64,000 nt of DNA from an uncultured Flavobacteriales bacterium. GTDB taxonomy: Bacteria > Bacteroidota > Bacteroidia > Flavobacteriales_D > Parvicellaceae. The stretch spans positions 6,001-70,000 of the forward strand of contig CALSPA010000016.1 of NCBI GenBank assembly GCA_943788115.1, in the 5' to 3' direction. Shown piece after piece: positions 1 to 9,600 of this stretch. The translations under genes and the position numbers were made by a program. Under the pieces are notes generated by a model, which saw only the letters and a program-made list of their open reading frames with translations, was not told the origin of the DNA and did not search any database. How positions within the stretch are numbered: the stretch's first letter is position 1; each line of letters begins with the position of its first letter.

Positions 1-485
1 TTTTAGCTTTTCTATCTGAAAAAACTGAAGCGATTATTACTGGAAAAAAATTAAAGTTTGACCTTTATCAATTTACAAGAGATATTATAAGAGCCATTCT
101 TCTTGTAATAAGAAACATGTGTATTCAGTCCTTATGGGTTATTTTATTTTTTATTATAAGCTTTATCCCTGTTATTGGCTGGTTTGTTTCTTTCTTTGGG
201 AATTTAATAATATCGTCATATTTCTATGGTTTTTCATTCATGGATTACACTAATGAAAGGAGAAGACTCAACATTAAGCAAAGTATTCTTCACATCAAAG
301 AAAATAAAGGGCTAGCAACTGGAACTGGATCAATTTTCGTTTTATGCTTTTTAATTCCTTTTTTAGGATCTATTATCGCAAGTTTTGTCTCTGTAATTGC
401 AGTTGTTGGATCAACATTATGCATGATCAAAGAACAAAAAGACAGTGAGGTTGAAATTATTTCTCCTAAAGAAGTTAACATTTAA
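1..485 (+). CDS. EI24/CysZ-like integral membrane protein, 5' end outside window
   Basis: The frame of the 117..485 ORF stays open back to nt 3 (LAFLSEKTEAIITGKK...), so the gene enters from upstream. It has several hydrophobic helices and an SFMDYTNERRRL motif typical of EI24/CysZ-family proteins. Confidence 0.5.
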   Translation, partial: LAFLSEKTEAIITGKKLKFDLYQFTRDIIRAILLVIRNMCIQSLWVILFFIISFIPVIGWFVSFFGNLIISSYFYGFSFMDYTNERRRLNIKQSILHIKENKGLATGTGSIFVLCFLIPFLGSIIASFVSVIAVVGSTLCMIKEQKDSEVEIISPKEVNI

Positions 486-571
486 CCAAATTAAAGTATG
501 TTTCATCCCAAATAAAAAACAAATCATCCATTATTAAATAAATTTGTTAATTAAACTTTAAATATTTAAGA

Positions 572-844
572 ATGATAAAGGATAAAACAATAAAAATATT
601 ACTTGCTATTATTGCCGTAAACCTAAGTATTATCACTTTAAACCAACTCGATTTTATACCCAAAACTTATGGGAATAACATAAAAACTGAATTACTTCCT
701 CAAAATTACGGGATTATTCCCTTAAATGAAGATGGAACTATTAGTGTTAAAATTGAGAACTCAGAAGTAATGGATGTTAACATTCATTCATATAAAGGAA
801 AAGATTTTTTTGAAGCTGTTCCTGTTTTTATAATGAATAAATAA
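572..844 (+). CDS. hypothetical small membrane-anchored/exported protein
   Basis: ATG-initiated 90-codon ORF with an N-terminal hydrophobic helix (ILLAIIAVNLSIITL). No family recognised. Confidence 0.35.
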   Translation: MIKDKTIKILLAIIAVNLSIITLNQLDFIPKTYGNNIKTELLPQNYGIIPLNEDGTISVKIENSEVMDVNIHSYKGKDFFEAVPVFIMNK

Positions 845-891
845 ATTAATTTTTTAAACACCTTATATAAAAACCATTCCTCTTATTTACT

Positions 892-1482
892 TTATAAGTT
901 ATAAACTTTGTTATTGTAATAATCAAGGTTTCTACTAAATGCACTTGTTGATTCTCCACTACTTACTTGTATTTCAGTTGAAGTCCAAAAACCTATATTA
1001 CCACCAATAGAGCCAAACACATCACCATTACCAGCCCTACCTCCACCTGGCAAACAATTAAGTTTTGAATGATTTGTTCCACAACCACCATCTTTCCAAC
1101 CGTATTTACTTTTCATTGATCTTCCAGCAGAATTCTCATCACCTAAATAATCGATTAATATTTGCCAATCATTATTACTTGGAACTTTCCAATCTAGAGG
1201 AGCCAGACCTCTAGAATCATTTACAGCATACCAATTATATAGCTTACCATATTTAGAAATATTTTCATCAACATAACACCAAGCACCAGAATTAAGGCTA
1301 GACCAATTTTGAGCATCTTGAACATGTGGGATTGAATCTCCATTTTGATAAAAAACTACATCAAGATTCTTTTTCATCCAAATTTGATCACCAATCTTGA
1401 TAGACTCTTTACTTAAACTAAAAACATCCAATTCAGAAGTTAAATTTGTACAAATCAAAAATGTCAAAAACAATTCAATCAT
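892..1482 (-). CDS. FISUMP (Fibrobacter succinogenes major paralogous) domain protein
   Basis: Motifs IGDQIWMKKNLDV, YGKLYNWYAV, WKVPSNNDWQILIDYLG, LPGGGR and GFWTST match the FISUMP domain pattern. Confidence 0.7.
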   Translation of the reverse strand: MIELFLTFLICTNLTSELDVFSLSKESIKIGDQIWMKKNLDVVFYQNGDSIPHVQDAQNWSSLNSGAWCYVDENISKYGKLYNWYAVNDSRGLAPLDWKVPSNNDWQILIDYLGDENSAGRSMKSKYGWKDGGCGTNHSKLNCLPGGGRAGNGDVFGSIGGNIGFWTSTEIQVSSGESTSAFSRNLDYYNNKVYNL

Positions 1483-1514
1483 ATGAAAATAAAATATATA
1501 AAAACAGACTTATT

Positions 1515-2353
1515 CTAATTAGAATTATAATTCAAATTAGAATCACAATAACTGTCAATTAAATCGTGGTAATCGGGGATATCGAAACCAAGATCACGTG
1601 AAATCAACCAATCTCTACAAGCACCTGCTGCATCACCCATTTCCATCCTAATTTCCGCTCTATCATAATAAAAAATAGGATTTAATGAATCAATAGAAAT
1701 TGCTTTATCATAGTCTAAAACAGCACCATTGAAATCATGAATTAATTTTTTTGAAAATGCTCGATTAACATAAGCAATACTATATAATGAATCCAGCTCA
1801 ATTGCTTTATCAAAATCTTCAATAGCACCCAATCGATCATCATTAATATCCTTTAAATCACCTCTATTATTATAGAAGATTGGATTTAGAGGGTCTATAG
1901 AAATAGCTTTGTTATAATCAGCCATTGCTAGATCAATTTGAAACATTTCCAAAAAAAGTTCGCCTCTATTTAAAAATGCGATGGAGAATAAACTGTCAAG
2001 TTCTATTGCTTTATTAAAATCTTTTAATGCAGCATCTTTACCCCCAATAACTTCAAATAATTGGGCCTCTATTATTGAAGGTATATGGATTTAATGAATC
2101 ATACTCTACTGAAAGGTTGAAAAAATAAAGAGCGCTATCGTATTGATTTTGCATACGCATACAACTCAGCCATATTATTTAAAGCAAGAGGATCATGTGG
2201 GTTTTCGACTAAAGCTAGCTTATATAATTCCTTAGCTTTTGAATAATCCCCAGACATGAGTGCTTTATTGCCTTCAACTACTTGTTTGGAAATGGTTTTG
2301 TTAAAAAAGTAGTCGGCATCATTGCTGCAGCCAAAAGCAATAAATAGAATCAA
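1515..2353 (-). pseudogene. TPR-repeat lipoprotein, broken by two frame changes (or sequence errors)
   Basis: TPR sequence is readable in three frames. Frame 1 runs 2353->2135 (FGCSND lipobox-like start, ends ...AELYAYAKSIR*). Frame 2 runs ~2150->2060 (QYDSALYFFNLSVEYDSLNPYTFNNRG). Frame 3 runs 2090->1515 (...ALKDFNKAIELDSLFSIAFLNRG... into the 145-aa ORF). Each junction is most simply explained by one extra base. Confidence 0.55.
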
Positions 2354-2392
2354 AAATGATATGTATATAAAATTTATTCAATAGTATTTATT

Positions 2393-4452
2393 CTACAAAA
2401 TTAAAAAATCTGTGCGTCTATTTTTAGTTCTGTTGAATTTACTGTCATTTTTAAATTTTGGAGTTAGCTCACCATAGCCTTTGAACTTCATTCTTGATGC
2501 TAGTACATTTTGATTTATCAAAAACTCCATAACAGAAAAAGCTCTGTCTTTTGAAAGAGCTAAATTATCATCTTCACCACCAACATCATCAGTATGCCCC
2601 TGTATTTCAATTTCTATATCACGATTAAGATTCAACCAAGAGGCAAATGCTTCAAGCACAAGCTCTGAAGATGGATCTATTTTTGATGAATTTGTTTCAA
2701 AAAGAATATCTTGAATAGTATGTGTACTACCCTTTTCTATATTCTTTATTTCTAATTCTTGACCTTCAATAAAAGTGACATTAGCATCTTCTTTCTTTAT
2801 CAATTTAGACTCAAATGCTTTCCCTTCCTTTTTAACTTCTAAGACCACATCCTCTTCACCACTACCAATGTTTGCAATAGCAACATAGCTTCCATCATCT
2901 TCAATATCTATTTTTTGCTCATAAGTTTCACCCGACTTAAACCTAACCTCTAACTTAGTGTCTTCTAAAGATTGTAAATCTTCAGCATCTATTTTCCCCT
3001 TCATCAGTACAACTTTATCAGGCTTAGCTTTTTCAGGCATAGAAAAATAGAATATATCCTTTCCCTCCCGCTCCTATATCTGAACGTTCAGACGAGTAAT
3101 ATGCGTACTCACCATCAGTAGTAACAATTATTGCCTCTTCATCTCCCTCTGAATTTATTGGATGGCCAATATTTTGAGGCTCCAACCATTTACCTGTCTT
3201 TTTATCTTGCTTTGTATAAAAGATATCAAACTCTCCCGCACCTAAACGATATTCTGAAACTTTAGATACAAAATACAATGTTTTACTATCGGTATGTATA
3301 AATGGAGACTTATCACTTTCAGGAGTGTTAATTGGAAATCCTATATTCTCAGCTTTCCCCCATGATCCATCAGGTTTGCCGATTAGAAAAATATATATCT
3401 ACACTGCCTTTTCCTCCTGGTCTGGCAGATGCAAAATACAATGTTTTCCCGTCTGCAGATAATGACGGCTGAGCTTCCCATGTTTGGGGTCCATTTATGT
3501 TTGGCCCTAAATTTTTTAACTCTGACCACCGTAAAACAACAGTATCTGTAAGCTCTCCTTTTTCAACAAATTCTAAATGTGAAACAAATATATCGCAGTT
3601 ATTATACGCTCCGTTTTTACTACAAGCACATATATACAATTCTTTATTATCTAATGAAATAGTAGCACCACCATATTTTGGACCAACATTGAAAGGAGCA
3701 TCCATAACTTTTCCAGAATTAAATGATTCATTAACATTTAACCTTTCACTCAAAGTGAAATCTTGCCTGAGTTGTGTTATCACGTCTCCTTTTGCTTTAT
3801 ACATGTATTCTCTAGTAAAATAAAGTAATTCGTTATCTGGGGAAATAGTTGGAAGAAATTCATTTTTAGTAGCAGTTGAAACATTTTGAAGAAGAAACGG
3901 AGTGAAATTTACAGGGTTTGAATAAAAGTCGCAATAAAATTCAGCAACTGGAAGGGTTAGCTCAACAGACGAAACTTGATCTGAATAATTTCTGGATAAT
4001 TTATCGTAATCTTCAGTTGAGAAATCTAAAAATTTTTGAAAATATTTTTTAGACTCGCAATCATTAACTTCTGAATAATAAATTAAACTTAAATAATAAT
4101 AAACATCAGCATGATAATCTGGACATATAGACTCTATTTTATGAAAATATTTTTTTGGAACATCCATTTTAGCTCCTTTTGACGAAGCCTTTCGATAGGT
4201 TAATTTAGCTAATTCCCACATGCATTGCACACAATCTTCATCAAACTCAATTGCCTCTTTAAAGAAAGAGACTCTTTCTTTATAATCGTATTTTTTTGAA
4301 TTCTTAGCCTTTTCATAGAGTTTCAAAACTTTATCGTTAGATATGTCAGAACAAATATCATCATCCTGAGCATTAACTATAAAAGCAATAAATAAAAGAA
4401 AGAAAAAAGAATAAAATTTGCACATATCAATAGGTTTGCATTTTATCCTCAC
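2393..4452 (-). pseudogene. TPR / PD40 (TolB-like beta-propeller repeat) / OmpA-domain outer-membrane protein, split into three ORFs by two +1 frameshifts
   Basis: ORF 4452->3370 carries a signal peptide, a TPR-like N-terminus and PD40 repeats, ending ...VDIYFSNRQT*. Reading continues in another frame as PDGSWGKAENIGFPINTPESDKSPFIHTDSKTLYFVS... (3278->3033). A third frame gives GAGGK|DIFYFSMPEKAKP... into the OmpA C-terminal domain (HTDDVGGEDDNLALSKDRA, NRRTDFLIL). The likely true start is MCKFYSFFF at 4425. Confidence 0.7.
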
Positions 4453-5876
4453 CGAACAACATTTAATTTATTCTCTCCTGCTGCAATTACAGTTGCAACT
4501 GTTGTATCACCAGTTACATTTACGACAGTTCTACACATATCTAGAATTCTATCTACAGGTAATATAAGAGCAACCCATTCTGCATTTAGACCGACAGATT
4601 CCAATACAATCATAAGCATTACTACTCCTGCACCAGGAACAGCCGCTGAACCTATGGAAGCTAATGTAGCGGTTATAATAATAGTGAGTTGTTGTGAAAT
4701 ATCCAATTCTACCCCAAAGTATTGAGCTAAAAAAATAGCAGCTACAGCCTGATAAAGACTTGTCCCATCCATGTTAACAGTTGCACCAATAGGTAATACA
4801 AAACTTGATATTTCTTTTGAAACTCCTAACCTATCTCTCACACACTCAATTGTAACTGGCAATGTTGCAGCACTAGAGCTTGTAGAAAATGCTAAAAATT
4901 GAGCAGGAGAAATTCTTTTAAAAAAACTGGAGTAACTTATTTTTTTTCTTGTAAAAATAATGACAAGCATAGGGTAAAAAATAAAAGCCATAAAGAACAA
5001 ACCACCAAGAACGACTAAGCAATAAGCACCTAATGAGTAAAAGACTTCAAAAAGAATTGAAGGGTCGTCTTTAGCAATTTCAGAAAGTTTTCCAGCTAAA
5101 AGAGCAAATACAAAAAATGGAGCTGCTTTCATTATCAAGTCAACCATCTTTAAGAAAACATCATTCAACCCATCAATCAATACATTTACTGGGTCTGCTT
5201 TCTCTTTTGGGATCAATAACAACATAGCTCCAAAAAATGCCGCAAAAAATATTATTTGAAGCATTGACTTCAAATTGGTTAATGATTCAAAAATATTTGA
5301 AGGAACTATATCAACTAAAAATTGTAGCGGCCTAGCACCTTTTTGCTTATTAACATTTTCTTTTCTTGACAGCAAAGATTGATTGTTATCAAATTCAGTT
5401 TTTCGTCTATCAAATTTCTTTTTTGCATTTTCAATTAACAAACTATTATTTGGATCATTAAGAAATGATATTCCATCTTTAATTTCGTTACCAGATTCAT
5501 TACACCACAACTCATATTGAATTCTATTTTCAATTTTTTGTTGTTCAGAAATAGTGTTTCCAGGTTTAAAAATATTTACTAAAGAAAGTCCTACAGAAAC
5601 TGCGATAACGGTTGTAATGACATAAATACCCAAAGTTTTAAAACCTAACTTACCAAGCTTAGATATATCTGCTAATTCAGAAACACCTTTAATTAAAGAA
5701 AAAAGAACAATTGGAACTGCTATCATTTTTAGCAGCTTTATAAAAATTTTGCCAAAAGGATCAATCCAATCAAGTGTAAAATCACTCCAACCTAAGAAAG
5801 ATGAAGTTATTGCCCAAAAAACTCCTAGAACTAGTCCTATAATAATTTGCCAATGAATAGGTATTTTACTTTTCAT
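4449..5876 (-). CDS. dicarboxylate/amino acid:cation symporter (DAACS/GltP family)
   Basis: SSSAATLPVT, GATVNMDGTSLYQ and VDRILDMCRTVVNVTGD are hallmark DAACS motifs. The protein has multiple TM segments. Confidence 0.85.
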   Translation of the reverse strand: MKSKIPIHWQIIIGLVLGVFWAITSSFLGWSDFTLDWIDPFGKIFIKLLKMIAVPIVLFSLIKGVSELADISKLGKLGFKTLGIYVITTVIAVSVGLSLVNIFKPGNTISEQQKIENRIQYELWCNESGNEIKDGISFLNDPNNSLLIENAKKKFDRRKTEFDNNQSLLSRKENVNKQKGARPLQFLVDIVPSNIFESLTNLKSMLQIIFFAAFFGAMLLLIPKEKADPVNVLIDGLNDVFLKMVDLIMKAAPFFVFALLAGKLSEIAKDDPSILFEVFYSLGAYCLVVLGGLFFMAFIFYPMLVIIFTRKKISYSSFFKRISPAQFLAFSTSSSAATLPVTIECVRDRLGVSKEISSFVLPIGATVNMDGTSLYQAVAAIFLAQYFGVELDISQQLTIIITATLASIGSAAVPGAGVVMLMIVLESVGLNAEWVALILPVDRILDMCRTVVNVTGDTTVATVIAAGENKLNVVR

Positions 5877-5953
5877 TTTTTAGATTTTATCCATTTATTA
5901 AGTAAAAATAACATTAGTGATTAATTAAACAAATACTGTGCCTTGTTGAAAAA

Positions 5954-6670
5954 CTAATTAATTAATTTCTCACACTGAGTATCTACATGAGACTTAAGAG
6001 AATCTATGTATTTAGAATTTAAAACTAACAACTTGATAGAAAGCATTTTCTTTAGCTCGAGGTTATAAACCTCTACAGACAATGCAGATGGATTTATCAC
6101 ATATGGCGAGCATAGTATTTGTTTTTTCAAATTAAACACATCTTGTTCAGAAAGATGATTTTTAAGCTCATATTTGAGATTAATTAGCATGCTTTTTCCA
6201 ATAGTTGGAATTGAGACTTTCTGGGTAAACAAACTTACGTAAGGAAATTGAAAAATCTTCCCAGCCTCTGACTCTACTTCCATTTTTGTGTTTTTCAGTG
6301 AAACTATTAACCCTGAAAATTCATTAATGGTGATTTGCGAACCGTAAACATTTCCATTTTGAATTTTATATAATATGCCATAAATTAAATTAATTATAGA
6401 TTTCCAGAAAATCAACATTAAAAAAACAAATGTAATTGCAGCCAATATAACATTGACATTTACTAAATATGAAAAAATATAGAACGCATAAAAAAACCAA
6501 AATATATTTCTAGCTATAGGTATATAAAAAGTTAATCTTTTCTTCAATTTAAGATCTCTTAAAAACTTAACAAGATATTCCCTTGAAAACCAAAAAAAGA
6601 ATACAAAAAATGTAATCTCAAAAATTATTTTGAAAATTATAAATAGAGATATGTGTTGATAATCATTCAA
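5954..6670 (-). CDS. membrane protein with an MscS-like TM3/beta-domain signature
   Basis: Three to four N-terminal TM helices are followed by IINLIYGILYKIQNGNVYGSQITINEFSGLIVSLKNTKMEVESEAGKIFQFPYVSL. This aligns by eye to the E. coli MscS segment [56 protein letters not shown]. The start overlaps the stop of the upstream giant gene by 4 nt. Confidence 0.4.
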   Translation of the reverse strand: MNDYQHISLFIIFKIIFEITFFVFFFWFSREYLVKFLRDLKLKKRLTFYIPIARNIFWFFYAFYIFSYLVNVNVILAAITFVFLMLIFWKSIINLIYGILYKIQNGNVYGSQITINEFSGLIVSLKNTKMEVESEAGKIFQFPYVSLFTQKVSIPTIGKSMLINLKYELKNHLSEQDVFNLKKQILCSPYVINPSALSVEVYNLELKKMLSIKLLVLNSKYIDSLKSHVDTQCEKLIN

Positions 6671-9600
6671 AATAATAGTTTTTTATCATATAAATATTGA
6701 ATAACAAAAGGTTGCAAATAAGGGTTAATTGTTAGAACACCATGATCAGAATCTAATAACTTTGATCTTACAAGTGAGCCAACATTTTCATTTATTTGTT
6801 CATTTGAATAGTCACTAAAAACAACAAATAAATCTTTAATATTAATTGATTTATGAATAACAACCTGCAGTAAAATTAAATCCCAATCGGTACTAAGGAC
6901 ATCAGGAATATTTTTTTGTTTAAAATATGAAATCTCAATGTTGTTATCGTTGAAATCTGTAATTGAAGCCATCCAATTTAAAGAAGCCCATTTAATATTA
7001 CCATGAGAAATACGATTAAGCTTTGAAAAAAAACGATTAAAGTGTCGCTTAGATGAATTAAAGGATGATTTATTTTTCCAGTTAAAAATTACACCACCAA
7101 TATTATTTTTTTCTATAATGTTTTTCTGGATTTCAAAAGTATTTAATGGCTGAATAAAAACAGTTGAAAAAATTAAATTACTGGATGATTTCACCTGATT
7201 AATTAATTTCAAAAAATGCAAATTACATTCAATAATGAACAATATATCTTTTGAAAAATTAGAGAAAATATTTTCCCATTCATTTAAAATATTAAATCCA
7301 TCTTCTGTTCGCATCCACCATGACTCATAATCTTCAATAAAAACTATAGGCTGATTCTCTAGAGAAGATAATATTTCAGTATTAGAGCCTTTAAGATTAG
7401 TAGCTAATTTTAAGGATTGATTAATTAAAGAAGCGCCATCACTATTAAACGAAACATTCGGTTTAATTTTATAAACTTCATGCTTGTCATTCAAGCAATT
7501 TAAAACATTATTTACTAAAAAACTTTTGCCCGAACCGGATTCACCTGCAACAAAAACAACACTTGGATTACCTTTTTTAAAATCAGCAATTACATTATTC
7601 ACCTGATTAAATTCTGAATGTCTGTTTTCTAAAGGTTCTGATGGTGAGACATGTTTACCTATAAAAAGCTGTTTGTAGTAAAATGGAAGCTGATTAATTA
7701 TTGAAGAATTAGGTAGAACCTCATCACTAAATTTTTTTAAAATAGAAATAGGGGTTTCTACAGATTTTTCTTTATTAAAATATTTAGAAAAAGTCAAATA
7801 ATCTTGAACTTGAATAAAAAGATCATCTGTTTTAGAATATTTTGATTTAACATAATCAGATAATAAATTAAATTTACGCGTGAAGAAACCTTTATTTTTT
7901 TCATTTGTAACACTAGAGTGATGGTTCTTTGCTCTTTCAATCACTACATCCTCTACAAAAACATCTTCAATTAAATCGAATATCTTATTGAATTCTATTA
8001 AAAATCGTTCATTGATAGTATCCAATTTAGACTCACAATTTAATAAAGCAATTGAAGACTTATCAACTACATCTTTAAGAAGGCTATCATCAGCCTGATT
8101 TATGATTGTGAATTTATTTAGCTCTAATGCATTTTCTAAAATTTGAAGCTCATTAATTACCTGTCGTTTTGTTTCATCAAAGAGAAGGTCTACATTTTCT
8201 AAAATTTGATTATCAAACAAATTCTCAACAACAGTCGCTAAATCTATTTTAATAGTTGGTACCTTGCTTTGAGATTGAACAAACGACCCAACACCATCAG
8301 TTGCAATTGTTTCAGAGTCAAAAGAAAGATTTTCTATTTGCGCTTTAACATGTTTCCTTAAATCAAATAATTCATCTTTAACATTAAAGCTTAAAGTTAA
8401 TTTCTCAATTTTTTTCAATGAAGATTCAAGTTTACTAACATTCAACTTATCAACATCTTTACCAATCTCTTTAATTACTCTAGCTGGCTGATTAAAATGA
8501 GCTTTAAGAAACAACTCCTCTTTGGTCTTTAAAAAAGGAACTACACCTAATCTAAAACCTTTCATGTCGACAAAAGTGATTAATTGGTTTAATATCAAGC
8601 CTTGATTAACGCCAAATAAAAAGGGATACTCTTTAACCTTATCTATTTTACTAGTCAATTTAAAGGAATAGTATTCCTCTTGCCTATATGTAATCAAAGA
8701 TTTAACATCCAATCGAACACTATCATCAACAACATTATTTACAAAATCATTTGTAAGTGAAAAAAGTTTACCTAAAAATTTAGTTTGTTCCTTCTCTAAA
8801 GAATTTTCAATTTCAGCTAACAATTCAGCAGTTGAAAAATCTTGCTTAAACTCAAAACTTGTTTCATCAGGAATATTTAATATCTCTTTTAATTTTTCAT
8901 TTAATAAGAAACCAGAAACACCTAAACTTTTAATCAATGTATTAAAATCATCTAGATAACTATTTTCAAAATGAAATGATGCCAATTCTTTCACACCTAC
9001 ATAATAAGGAGCTAATTCATTACCTTTTTTAATTCTCCTTCTGTATCTAGCTTTAATTCTTGCTATCAATCTAGAGTCTGTTTTTCTAGCTTGAATTTCA
9101 TTCTCAAAAATAGGAATTGCTATTTCAGTAGGTAATTTATCAATTAAACTTTCGACTGATTCTATATAGTCAGCAAGTGAAGCTACCAAAGCAAGTTGCA
9201 ATTTATTAATTCTATTCTCCTTAAAGTATTCTACATGCTTAGTTACATCAGAGTAGAATTTCAACAAGTCATCTTTATTTGAGCTACTTGTCATGCGATT
9301 TACCAAAAGGTTTGAGAAACTTATATAATTATCTGAAAAGGCTCCATACAACCTAGAACTAAAATCTAAGCTGTATTGGTTTAATTTTTCATCTAGATCT
9401 AGCATTAATTTATCTAAATCATAAATGCTAGTTTTTTTAATTTGTAAATCATTGTATGAAACATATTCTTTTAATTCTACAGATTCTTTATAAACCTCGC
9501 CCAACTTAGAATGTTGATAATCTTCTTCAACAAAACTACTAGATGCTTTAAGTATTAATGTAGTACCCATAACATCCATCAATGAATTTGTAGATTCAAC

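Noticed and set aside
290-481. 63-aa minus-strand ORF
   Set aside because: It lies entirely antisense within the EI24-like gene. It has no start context or motif. Such ORFs arise easily opposite coding sequence.
3497-3823. 108-aa plus-strand ORF
   Set aside because: It is antisense to the PD40-repeat region of the OmpA-family gene. Its sequence is low-complexity Ser/Leu/Phe-rich with no recognisable family.
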